Shown here piece after piece: positions 52,946 to 61,409 of a stretch of 64,000 nucleotides of DNA (the first letter of the stretch is position 1; each line of letters begins with the position of its first letter). Origin of the DNA: Chitinophagaceae bacterium (GTDB taxonomy: Bacteria > Bacteroidota > Bacteroidia > Chitinophagales > Chitinophagaceae); the NCBI GenBank assembly GCA_035439525.1, contig DAORKK010000001.1:3695-67694 (forward strand), written 5' to 3'. The position numbers and the translations under genes were made by a program. Below the pieces are notes generated by a model. The model was not told the origin of the DNA, ran no database searches, and worked only from the letters and a program-made list of their open reading frames with translations.

Positions 52946-53902
52946 ATGAAGAAAATAGGAATACTGCATGGAAAAGAACGTTCATTTCCAGAAGCGTTTA
53001 TTGCCCGCGTCAATAGTAAAAATGTGCCGGGTATCGTGGCCGAGCCCGTCCGCATAGATAAAGCCATGCAGGGGGAACCCAGTGGTTACGCGGTAATCAT
53101 AGACCGGATCTCACAGGATGTACCCTTCTACCGCACCTGGCTCAAGAATGCCGCGGTTACAGGAACAGCCGTGATCAATAATCCGTTCTGGTGGAGTGCC
53201 GATGATAAGTACTTTAATAATTGCCTGATGACCAAGGTTGATGTCCCTGTTCCTAAAACAGCGATTATTCCTTCCCGTGACCTTCCGGATGATACATCCA
53301 ATGATTCATTCAGCAACCTCGCCTACCCGATGGATTGGGAATCCATTTTCAGTAATGTCGGTTTTCCGGCTTATATGAAACCCTTTGCCGGGGGTGGCTG
53401 GAAACACGTTTACCGGTTGACAGGTCCGGAAGATTTTTTCCAGAAACACGCGGAAACAGGCCAATTGGTAATGCTGTTACAGGAAGAGATTGTATTCACT
53501 GAATATTACCGCTGTTATTGTATCGGCGGTAAATACGTACGCATCATGTCTTACGAGCCCCGCAACCCGCATCACCTGCGGTATGTGGCCGATTTCAGCC
53601 CTTCTCCCGAACGATTGAAACAAATGACGGATATCGTTCTTCGTATCAATAAGTACCTGGGCTACGATTTCAATACGGTTGAACTGGCTGTAAGAGACGG
53701 AGTTCCCTATGCCATTGATTTCTGCAACCCGGCACCGGATGCGGATCTGCCCAGTGTAGGCGCAGAGAATTTTGAATGGGTGGTGGAAACCGCAGCAAAT
53801 TATGCCATAGAAAAAGCCCTTGCATTGAAAGAAGGACAGGACAACCTGACCTGGGGAGAGTATGTGAAGCGGAGCAGTGCCGGTACAAAGTTAACAAGTT
53901 AA
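52946..53902 (+). CDS. ATP-grasp (RimK-like) amidoligase
   Basis: NNPFWWSADDK, AYMKPFAGGGW, QEEI and DFNTVELAV...AIDFCNP; TAAATTTG box at 52871-52878. Confidence 0.85.
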   Translation: MKKIGILHGKERSFPEAFIARVNSKNVPGIVAEPVRIDKAMQGEPSGYAVIIDRISQDVPFYRTWLKNAAVTGTAVINNPFWWSADDKYFNNCLMTKVDVPVPKTAIIPSRDLPDDTSNDSFSNLAYPMDWESIFSNVGFPAYMKPFAGGGWKHVYRLTGPEDFFQKHAETGQLVMLLQEEIVFTEYYRCYCIGGKYVRIMSYEPRNPHHLRYVADFSPSPERLKQMTDIVLRINKYLGYDFNTVELAVRDGVPYAIDFCNPAPDADLPSVGAENFEWVVETAANYAIEKALALKEGQDNLTWGEYVKRSSAGTKLTS

Positions 53903-53984
53903 AAAGTTGGCAGGTTGACAAGGTTTGTACTAAGAAAGCCCCCTTGTTAACCTGTCAACTTATCACCCTATCAACCTTCAATCA
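53887..53984. repeat. Octamer arrays in inverted orientation
   Basis: aaagttaa caagttaa aaagttgg caggttga ... ttaacctg tcaactta tcacccta tcaacctt, spanning the ATP-grasp stop to the ligase ATG. Confidence 0.85.
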
Positions 53985-55094
53985 ATGAACCTCAACTATA
54001 AAACCTTCACCCTCGGCGTAGAAGAAGAGTACATGGTCCTCGACCCGCACACTTTTGAGCTGAAAAGCCACGAACAGCGCATTGTACATGAGGGTCAGAA
54101 AATGATCAAGGACAAAGTAAAGGCGGAGATGCACCAGGCGGTAGTGGAAGTAGGCACGGATATCTGTGCCGATATTGACGAAGCCTGGAGTGATGTGGCG
54201 GCTCTTCGGAAAACAATCAGTGGTATTGCCGAAAGCCTGGGTTATTCCATGGGCGCTGCCGGAACACATCCATTCAGTCACTGGGAAAGCCAGCTGATCA
54301 CCGACCATATCCGGTATAGTGAAATAGTGAATGAATTACAGGAAGCCGCCCGGAGTAACCTGATCTTCGGATTGCATGTGCACGTGGGCATGGAAAGCCG
54401 TGAAATGGCCAATCATATAGCCAACAGCACCCGCTATTTCCTGCCACATATTTTTGCCCTGAGTACCAATTCCCCTTTCTGGGAAGGCCGCATGACCGGG
54501 TATAAATCTTTCCGCACCAAGGTCTTTGATAAATTCCCACGCACCGGTATTCCAGATGCTTTTGAGAGTATTGAAGCATATGACAATTATGTCAAGCTGC
54601 TGATCAAGACCAATTGTATTGATAATGCAAAAAAGATCTGGTGGGACCTCCGGGTTCACCCCTTCTTTAATACGGTGGAATTCCGGGTATGCGACATTCC
54701 CCTGACAGTGGATGAGACCATCACCCTGGCTGCTTTATTCCAGGCCATCTGCGCCAGGATTTATATGCTGCGTTCCAAGAACCTCAACTTTATTCAATAC
54801 AGCCGGGCCCTGCTCAATGAGAATAAATGGCGGGCCAGCCGGTATGGTGTGGATGGCTACCTGATTGACTTCGGAAAGGAAGAAGAAGTGAATACCCGGG
54901 CCCTGATCTATGAATTGCTCGACTTCCTTGACCCGGTACTGGACCACCTGGGCAGCCGGCACCGGATTGCGAATGTGCACCGGATTCTCGAACATGGCAC
55001 CGGGGCAGACCGGCAACTGGCCGTATTTGAACAAACCAAGAACCTGACCGATGTGGCCAAATTTATTCAAAGCCAGTACCTGGCGGGAATCTGA
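53985..55094 (+). CDS. Carboxylate-amine ligase (GCS2/YbdK family)
   Basis: TLGVEEEY, LHVHVG, STNSPFW and WWDLRVHPFFNTVEFRVCD. Confidence 0.92.
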   Translation: MNLNYKTFTLGVEEEYMVLDPHTFELKSHEQRIVHEGQKMIKDKVKAEMHQAVVEVGTDICADIDEAWSDVAALRKTISGIAESLGYSMGAAGTHPFSHWESQLITDHIRYSEIVNELQEAARSNLIFGLHVHVGMESREMANHIANSTRYFLPHIFALSTNSPFWEGRMTGYKSFRTKVFDKFPRTGIPDAFESIEAYDNYVKLLIKTNCIDNAKKIWWDLRVHPFFNTVEFRVCDIPLTVDETITLAALFQAICARIYMLRSKNLNFIQYSRALLNENKWRASRYGVDGYLIDFGKEEEVNTRALIYELLDFLDPVLDHLGSRHRIANVHRILEHGTGADRQLAVFEQTKNLTDVAKFIQSQYLAGI

Positions 55095-55098
55095 AATA

Positions 55099-55140
55099 AA
55101 GTACGAAGTACGAGGTACGAGGTACGAAGTACGAAGTGAA
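55099..55140 (+). repeat. AAGTACG/AGGTACG heptamer array
   Basis: Five full units plus one partial, starting 4 nt after the ligase stop. Confidence 0.92.
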
Positions 55141-55152
55141 AGAACAATATTG

Positions 55153-55506
55153 ATGGAGGATTGTAAAGCCTTTTTAAGAGACCTGCTGCAGTGTTTTGAT
55201 GCATCACTGAGTGCTTACCGGACTTATATTTCCGAAGGAAAAACGTTTCGTAATGCCTGCTTATTAAAAATAAATAATGAGCGGGCATTCGCTTTATTAA
55301 GCAATCACAGTGCCTTACTGCCTGATGAGTATCATACTGATGCCAATGCCCTGGCAGATCATTACCGTACCTGGAAATCAAAATGGGAGAACCTGGCAGC
55401 ACAAACAAACCCTGGCCCTGATGATGAATTTGTTTTTCCCAATGATGTTACTTTCCCCCGGGAGTCAGCCAGCCGGCTGGAGAACTATTATACCTCGCTG
55501 ATCTGA
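55153..55506 (+). CDS. Hypothetical 117-aa protein
   Basis: ATG at 55153; the ORF-track extension from 55051 is translated repeat (YEVRGTRYEVR). Confidence 0.65.
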   Translation: MEDCKAFLRDLLQCFDASLSAYRTYISEGKTFRNACLLKINNERAFALLSNHSALLPDEYHTDANALADHYRTWKSKWENLAAQTNPGPDDEFVFPNDVTFPRESASRLENYYTSLI

Positions 55507-55513
55507 ACTTCTG

Positions 55514-55984
55514 TCAGGCCCGCTTCGTTTTTTTCGTTGCTTTCAGGGCTTCCCTTTCCTTTTTACGCCTTGCTTCAACTTTAATATTGTGGCGGATTAC
55601 TTTCCAGTATTCCTGGCCATAGTCCACCAGAATTTCCCCACCGGCAGGTATATCCTTTACGGATGTGATATAGACTTTCAGTCCATCTTCCATGTATTCC
55701 GAATTATTGGAAATACCCTTTACCCGGACAATACCACGGGCATCGTTGGCATAGCGGGCCAATGCCTTCGGAGTTCGCAGGGCATCGATCACATGGTTTC
55801 TTTTAACGTAATAAATATACCCGTTATCCCCATCCTCATGATCCACTTCTTTCCAGGTGGTGATATCCCCTTTATACTCCACGATACGGGTTCCTTTGGG
55901 TATAAATGATTTCGCAAAAAGTCCTTTGCCGGCTCCGGGGAGTCCGGATTTCTTAACACGTATTTTATCTTCCAGTAATGCCAT
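55514..55984 (-). CDS. SET-domain protein (putative lysine methyltransferase)
   Basis: GAGKGLFA, VEYKG, RYAND and EILVDYG; start at MALLEDK, downstream of the TATATTTG box at 56006-56013. Confidence 0.85.
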   Translation of the reverse strand: MALLEDKIRVKKSGLPGAGKGLFAKSFIPKGTRIVEYKGDITTWKEVDHEDGDNGYIYYVKRNHVIDALRTPKALARYANDARGIVRVKGISNNSEYMEDGLKVYITSVKDIPAGGEILVDYGQEYWKVIRHNIKVEARRKKEREALKATKKTKRA

Positions 55985-56082
55985 AAGTAGTTTTTTCGGA
56001 AGGCGCAAATATAGGGGACAAATCCGGGTTTCTCTAAACCGTTCCAAGCAACTACCTTTGGCGGCATAACGTCTGAATTTTC

Positions 56083-56535
56083 ATGAAACTCTTTTTATTG
56101 TTCTTTTTCTCTTTGCTGGCTTGTTGCAGCCCGGCTGCGGCACAGGAGTATATCAACATGCCTTACAACAAAGCCGAAACTGCCTTGAAAAAAGCGTATC
56201 CCGGAAAATCAGGACAACCTGCCGTGTACTCCCGGAAAGACTCCATTCTTGTAGAAGTCAGTGACCTGACCCGGCTGATCTATGTCTTTGATAAAAAAGG
56301 GTTGTGTATGACAGAAACGACAAGTACCCGCTGCGACTCCTGTCACAACGGGTACCTGGAAGTAATTCTGAATAAGAAAAAATACAACTGGAAAAAGATC
56401 AATGAGAACCAGTATATCTCCCGTTATGAAGATAACATGATGCTTGAACTTGTTCCGGAAGCCGAGATCAGGACCTTTTCCATATTCCGGGCCGATTTTA
56501 CCCGTGAAGTGTATGAGTTATTACTCAAAGACTGA
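56083..56535 (+). CDS. Hypothetical exported protein with a CXXCH motif
   Basis: Signal peptide; CDSCH at 56332-56346. Confidence 0.65.
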   Translation: MKLFLLFFFSLLACCSPAAAQEYINMPYNKAETALKKAYPGKSGQPAVYSRKDSILVEVSDLTRLIYVFDKKGLCMTETTSTRCDSCHNGYLEVILNKKKYNWKKINENQYISRYEDNMMLELVPEAEIRTFSIFRADFTREVYELLLKD

Positions 56536-56538
56536 TTG

Positions 56539-56886
56539 TTAATTTTCCAATACTCCATCTGCTCTCCATTGTTTAAAGAGGGCAATGGTACTATCGCTTA
56601 GTTTCGTGGTTTTCCGGAAGGGCATAAATCCTCTTTCCCCCGGATTCATTTCAATACGACGGATAATCTCATCGATATCGGTTTTTACATTCGCGTAATT
56701 GTCATATGGTTTCTTATTGCCCCCTTTCGCGGGGATGTGGCAAGGAGCGCATTCGGACATTACCACAGCCTTCAGGTTGGATTCAAAATTCAGCTTGGGT
56801 GTTGCGGCCAGTTTTTTAGACCCGGAGCAATTCGACAAAACCAGGGCCATTGCGGCCATGGAGGTAAGGAGGATCAGTTTCTTCAT
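56539..56886 (-). CDS. Small lipoprotein, putative monoheme c-type cytochrome
   Basis: LSNC lipobox, CAPCH at 56737-56751, distal MP, and LFKQW..DG; start at MKKLILL. Confidence 0.72.
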   Translation of the reverse strand: MKKLILLTSMAAMALVLSNCSGSKKLAATPKLNFESNLKAVVMSECAPCHIPAKGGNKKPYDNYANVKTDIDEIIRRIEMNPGERGFMPFRKTTKLSDSTIALFKQWRADGVLEN

Positions 56887-57003
56887 GTTGGTTATGTTTA
56901 AAAATGGAATATACAAAATAGACCCGTAAATCAAGCAGTCCAATCGGTTGGTTTATACGGGTGGTTGCCCTTATGCCGGACAATCCGGTAACTTTGCCGC
57001 GTT

Positions 57004-58224
57004 ATGATTTCTGCAACAGCCCGGACATACCGAAATGCCTATGCAGGGCTTTCCAGGGAAACCTGGCTGCTCTCCTTCATTATGCTGATCAACCGGAGTG
57101 GCACCATGGTGGTTCCGTTTATGACCCTTTACCTGACCAGTAAAGAAATGGGCTACTCAGTAGGTGAAGCGGGATATGTTTTTGGGCTATTCGGTGCCGG
57201 TGCTTTCACAGGTGCCTGGCTTGGAGGCCGCCTTACCGACCGAATTGGTTTTTATCCGGTGCAACTGTTCACCCTTTTTACTGGTGGACTTCTGTTCCTG
57301 GTCCTGGGACAAATGAAAACCTATCCGCTGATCTGCGTGTTTACCTTCTTGCTAAGCTTTGTAAATGAAGCTTTCCGGCCGGCCAATTCAACAGCAATCG
57401 CCTTTTACAGCAAGACGGAAAACCGTACCCGCTCCTATGCCCTGAACCGGCTTGCAATTAATCTGGGATGGGCTGTTGGGAGCGGACTGGGCGGTATTCT
57501 GGCCAGTATCAATTACGAATTATTATTCTGGGTAGATGGTTTCACTAATATAACGGCTGCACTGATCATGTGGCTGCTGCTAAAACCTGCGGATTACAAA
57601 CCTGTTGCACAAAGTCCTGCTGAGAAAGCAGATACGCTGCCCGCTTCTAAAGACAAACTATTTATGCTCTTTATCGGCGCCACTGTTTTATTTGCCAGTT
57701 GTTTTTTTCAGTTGTTCACCAACCTCCCGGTCTATTTTGAACGGGAATTACATCTGTCAAAACCAACAATCGGTTTATTGATGGCCTTTAATGGTATCCT
57801 GATCGCCGTGATTGAAATGGTCTTAATTTACCGGCTGGAGGGAAAAAGACCAGTCATGTTCTATATCACCCGGGGCATATTGCTTGTCGGGCTGTCATTC
57901 CTGCTGCTGAATCTACCTGTAATCGGTTTCATGCTGGCGCTGATCATGATTATTACGGTCACTTTCGGTGAAATCCTTTCCATGCCATTTATGAACAGCT
58001 ACTGGATCACCCGGACCCAGGTATCGAACCGGGGGCAATATGCGGCTTTATATACTATGGCCTGGTCTGCTGCCCAGACCCTCGGGCCGATGGGAGGCGC
58101 ACAAGTGGTGCAGTATAGCAATTTCCAGGTACTCTGGTTTATTACCGGTGGACTCTGTTTGGCGGCCGCCGGAATATTTCATCTGCTGAACATACGGGAA
58201 CGAAAAAAACTGTCCGGGCTTTAA
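57004..58224 (+). CDS. MFS transporter
   Basis: About 12 TM segments, GGRLTDRIG motif A; TAACTTTG box at 56989-56996. Confidence 0.92.
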   Translation: MISATARTYRNAYAGLSRETWLLSFIMLINRSGTMVVPFMTLYLTSKEMGYSVGEAGYVFGLFGAGAFTGAWLGGRLTDRIGFYPVQLFTLFTGGLLFLVLGQMKTYPLICVFTFLLSFVNEAFRPANSTAIAFYSKTENRTRSYALNRLAINLGWAVGSGLGGILASINYELLFWVDGFTNITAALIMWLLLKPADYKPVAQSPAEKADTLPASKDKLFMLFIGATVLFASCFFQLFTNLPVYFERELHLSKPTIGLLMAFNGILIAVIEMVLIYRLEGKRPVMFYITRGILLVGLSFLLLNLPVIGFMLALIMIITVTFGEILSMPFMNSYWITRTQVSNRGQYAALYTMAWSAAQTLGPMGGAQVVQYSNFQVLWFITGGLCLAAAGIFHLLNIRERKKLSGL

Positions 58225-58362
58225 CTTAAACAGTTTATACTTTTTTACACTATAAAAACAGTGGTTATAAAAGCTATTTCTACATAATCCTTCAGTTATA
58301 GTTTACAGAACAGTCATACAGCAACAAGTAGCAAACCCTTAATTTTGTCTAAAATCAAACAC

Positions 58363-59982
58363 ATGCAACGCCTGTTTTTATCCGCACTATTTTCCCTGTT
58401 GATTATTTCCGGCCAGGCTCAGTCCGAGGTAAAACGACCTAAACTCGTGGTTGGGCTGGTAATGGACCAGATGCGCTGGGATTATCTCTATCGTTATTAT
58501 GCGCGTTATAGCGAGACAGGCGGCTTTAAACGGTTGCTGAACCAGGGATTTTCATGCGAGAATACGCTTATTCCTTACGCACCAACCGTTACCGCCTGTG
58601 GTCATAGTTCTATTTATACGGGGACTGTACCTGCGATAAATGGTATTTCCGGAAATGGCTGGTGGGATAAGGAAAAAATGCGTGCTGTATATTGTACGGA
58701 AGACAAAACGGTATCTACTGTAGGAAGCAGTTCCACATTGGGAAAGATGAGTCCGCGGAACTTGCTGGTGACTACGATCTGTGATGAACTCAGGCTGGCT
58801 ACTAATTTCAAAAGTAAAGTGATTGGTGTGGCCATAAAAGACAGAGGAGGAATTTTGCCGGCCGGACATAGTGCCAATGCAGCTTACTGGTACGATAACA
58901 CAAACGGCAACTGGATCACCTCGACTTATTATATGAATGAATTACCCAAATGGGTCACCGATTTCAACAGTCAGAAAATCGTCGAAAAGTATTATGAAAA
59001 GGGATGGAATATTCTGTACCCCTTAACCACCTACAAACAAAGTACAGCCGATGACAAAAGCTGGGAAGCTAAACCATTCGGGGCCGTATTCCCGTATGAC
59101 CTCAAGAAGTTCATTGGCAAAGACTACGGTAAAATTTCAACCACCCCGATGGGTAACAGCATGACTTTTGAATTTGCAAAAGCCGCTTTGTCGGCAGAAC
59201 AATTAGGCACAGATGAGATCACCGATTTCCTGGCGGTGAGTTTCTCGTCACCGGATTATATCGGTCATACTTTTGGCCCCAATTCGGTGGAAGCTGAAGA
59301 TGGATTTCTGCGACTGGACCAGGAACTGGGCGCATTTTTAAATTACCTGGATTTAAAGGTTGGGAAAGGTCAGTATACGGTCTTTCTTTCTGCGGATCAT
59401 GGTGCCGCACATGTGCCTGAATTTATGGAGGAAAACCGATTACCCGGAGGACGTGCATATATTGGCAAGCTGGTGGAGTCGATGAATAAAGGGCTGAAAG
59501 AAAAATATAATCTGTCCGGCATTATAGTGAGTGACGACAACTACCAGATTCATCTGAACCATCCTTTGCTTGATTCTGCCAAAGCAGAAAAAGCTGAAAT
59601 TACGGAATGGATCATTCAACAGCTGCTGTCGGCCCCTGGAATCGACCGGGCATTCGCTTTAAAAGACCTGAATACCACGCCGCTGCCAGCCAGGATACGG
59701 GAAATGCTGAATAATGGTTATCATCCGGCCCGTAACGGTGATATCCAGTTTATTTTAAAACCTGGCTATATCGATGCCTATAGTACAACCGGCACGACCC
59801 ATGGTTTATGGAATCCATATGATGCACATATCCCGCTTTTATGGTATGGTTGGGGGATCAAAAAAGGGAAAACCAACCGGGAAACATTCATGACAGATAT
59901 CGCCCCGACACTGGCGGCCTTATTACATATTCAGATGCCAAGCGGATCCACTGGTGCCCCTATACCGGAAGCTCTTAAATAA
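58363..59982 (+). CDS. pafA: Alkaline phosphatase, PafA family
   Basis: DQMRWDYL, TVTACGH (Thr nucleophile), KDRGGILPAGH, PDYIGH and ADHG; TAATTTTG box at 58340-58347 supports the ATG at 58363. Confidence 0.92.
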   Translation: MQRLFLSALFSLLIISGQAQSEVKRPKLVVGLVMDQMRWDYLYRYYARYSETGGFKRLLNQGFSCENTLIPYAPTVTACGHSSIYTGTVPAINGISGNGWWDKEKMRAVYCTEDKTVSTVGSSSTLGKMSPRNLLVTTICDELRLATNFKSKVIGVAIKDRGGILPAGHSANAAYWYDNTNGNWITSTYYMNELPKWVTDFNSQKIVEKYYEKGWNILYPLTTYKQSTADDKSWEAKPFGAVFPYDLKKFIGKDYGKISTTPMGNSMTFEFAKAALSAEQLGTDEITDFLAVSFSSPDYIGHTFGPNSVEAEDGFLRLDQELGAFLNYLDLKVGKGQYTVFLSADHGAAHVPEFMEENRLPGGRAYIGKLVESMNKGLKEKYNLSGIIVSDDNYQIHLNHPLLDSAKAEKAEITEWIIQQLLSAPGIDRAFALKDLNTTPLPARIREMLNNGYHPARNGDIQFILKPGYIDAYSTTGTTHGLWNPYDAHIPLLWYGWGIKKGKTNRETFMTDIAPTLAALLHIQMPSGSTGAPIPEALK

Positions 59983-60059
59983 CACAGAAAAGCATGCGGA
60001 TCAGGAATAGTTTTTGTATTTTCAGACAAGACTTGATCGCTAATCATTAATTGTTCCGT

Positions 60060-61088
60060 ATGAATAAAACCCGCCTGTTCACGGCCCTTTTATTGTTCAT
60101 TTCAGTAACAGCAGGTGCCCAGGAGGCCCCAGTTGACAGCATCCGCTTTTTTACAGATGAAGGGCTGATCCAGGTAAATCTCAGTACTGATCTGAGGCAG
60201 GTTCAGACAGAAACCAGGCAAGGTGTATTTCAACAAGCTTCCATCAGCATGTTATTTCCAGACAGTACACTGATCAATGAAACGATCAGTGTGAGTGCCC
60301 GTGGAAATTTCAGACGGAACTATTGCCGGATTCCACCGATGATGATGAATTTCCGGAATAAAGGCGCCCCCCGGTTACAATCGTTGGGCAAGCTGAAACT
60401 TGTAATTGGTTGTGGATTAAATCCGGTAGATGAAGAATTACTGCTGAAAGAATACCTGGTGTATAAAATATATAATATACTCGAGGACCGGAGTTTTCGC
60501 GTCCGGCTGATGAGGATCAACTATACAGATACCCGTAAAAAACTGAAACCGTTCAGTCAGTTTGCTTTTCTGATAGAAGATGATGGTGACATGGCCAGGC
60601 GTAACGGATGCCATAAAAAAGATGAGGTAAAAATGATGACAGAGGCCACTAACCGGGATATGATGACTATGGTGGCCTTGTTTCAGTATATGATCGGGAA
60701 TACGGACTGGGCCGTACCCACTAACCATAACATCAAACTGATTTTTGATAAAAAAAACAAGAACATCCCCCCCTATGTGGTTCCCTATGACTTTGACTAT
60801 TGCGGCCTGGTGGATGCCAGCTATGCAATACCCCATGAAACCATCGGGACAGAAAAAGTAACCGAACGGGTTTACCGGGGCTTTCCCCGGACGATGGAAG
60901 AACTCCAGATTCAACTGGATGTATTCCGGAGCAAAAAGGACAGTATATTTAAAACCATAGACAGTTTTGAATTACTGAGTAGCAAAACCAGAAAGGAAAT
61001 GACCAGTTACCTGCAGGAGTTTTTTGAACTGATTGAAAATAAAAGAGCCGTCAGCATGGCCTTTATTGATGAAGCAAGGGTCAATTAA
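60060..61088 (+). CDS. Secreted protein with atypical kinase-like (CotH-like) motifs
   Basis: Signal peptide; ARGNFR, LKLV, KEYLVY, IGNTDW...HNIK and PYDFDY. Confidence 0.55.
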   Translation: MNKTRLFTALLLFISVTAGAQEAPVDSIRFFTDEGLIQVNLSTDLRQVQTETRQGVFQQASISMLFPDSTLINETISVSARGNFRRNYCRIPPMMMNFRNKGAPRLQSLGKLKLVIGCGLNPVDEELLLKEYLVYKIYNILEDRSFRVRLMRINYTDTRKKLKPFSQFAFLIEDDGDMARRNGCHKKDEVKMMTEATNRDMMTMVALFQYMIGNTDWAVPTNHNIKLIFDKKNKNIPPYVVPYDFDYCGLVDASYAIPHETIGTEKVTERVYRGFPRTMEELQIQLDVFRSKKDSIFKTIDSFELLSSKTRKEMTSYLQEFFELIENKRAVSMAFIDEARVN

Positions 61089-61148
61089 CCCGGATAGAAA
61101 TGGATAAAAAAACAAGTCAGCATTATAACACCAAGAAAACAAATACTA

Positions 61149-61406
61149 ATGGACCTGAAAGAACAATTTGAAAAAGCGATTGCAGAAAGCAAAACCTTAT
61201 CTGAGAAACCCAGTAACGACACCCTGCTGCAACTGTATTCATTATACAAACAGTCCAGCGAAGGAGATATCAATATTGACCCGCCGGCCAACCCGTTTGA
61301 TTTTGTAGCCAAAGCAAAGTATGAAGCCTGGGCTGCTTTAAAAGGAAAAACCAATGCAGAAGCCATGACCGCTTATATTGAACTGGTGGCAAAACTCAAG
61401 AACTGA
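61149..61406 (+). CDS. Acyl-CoA-binding protein (ACBP)
   Basis: LLQLYSLYKQSSEGD...KYEAWAALKG...AYIELV; 85 aa. Confidence 0.92.
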   Translation: MDLKEQFEKAIAESKTLSEKPSNDTLLQLYSLYKQSSEGDINIDPPANPFDFVAKAKYEAWAALKGKTNAEAMTAYIELVAKLKN

Positions 61407-61409
61407 CGG

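Noticed and set aside
55051-55152. N-terminal extension with YEVRGTRYEVR repeats
   Set aside because: It is the translated heptamer array and overlaps the ligase 3' end; the ATG at 55153 is preferred
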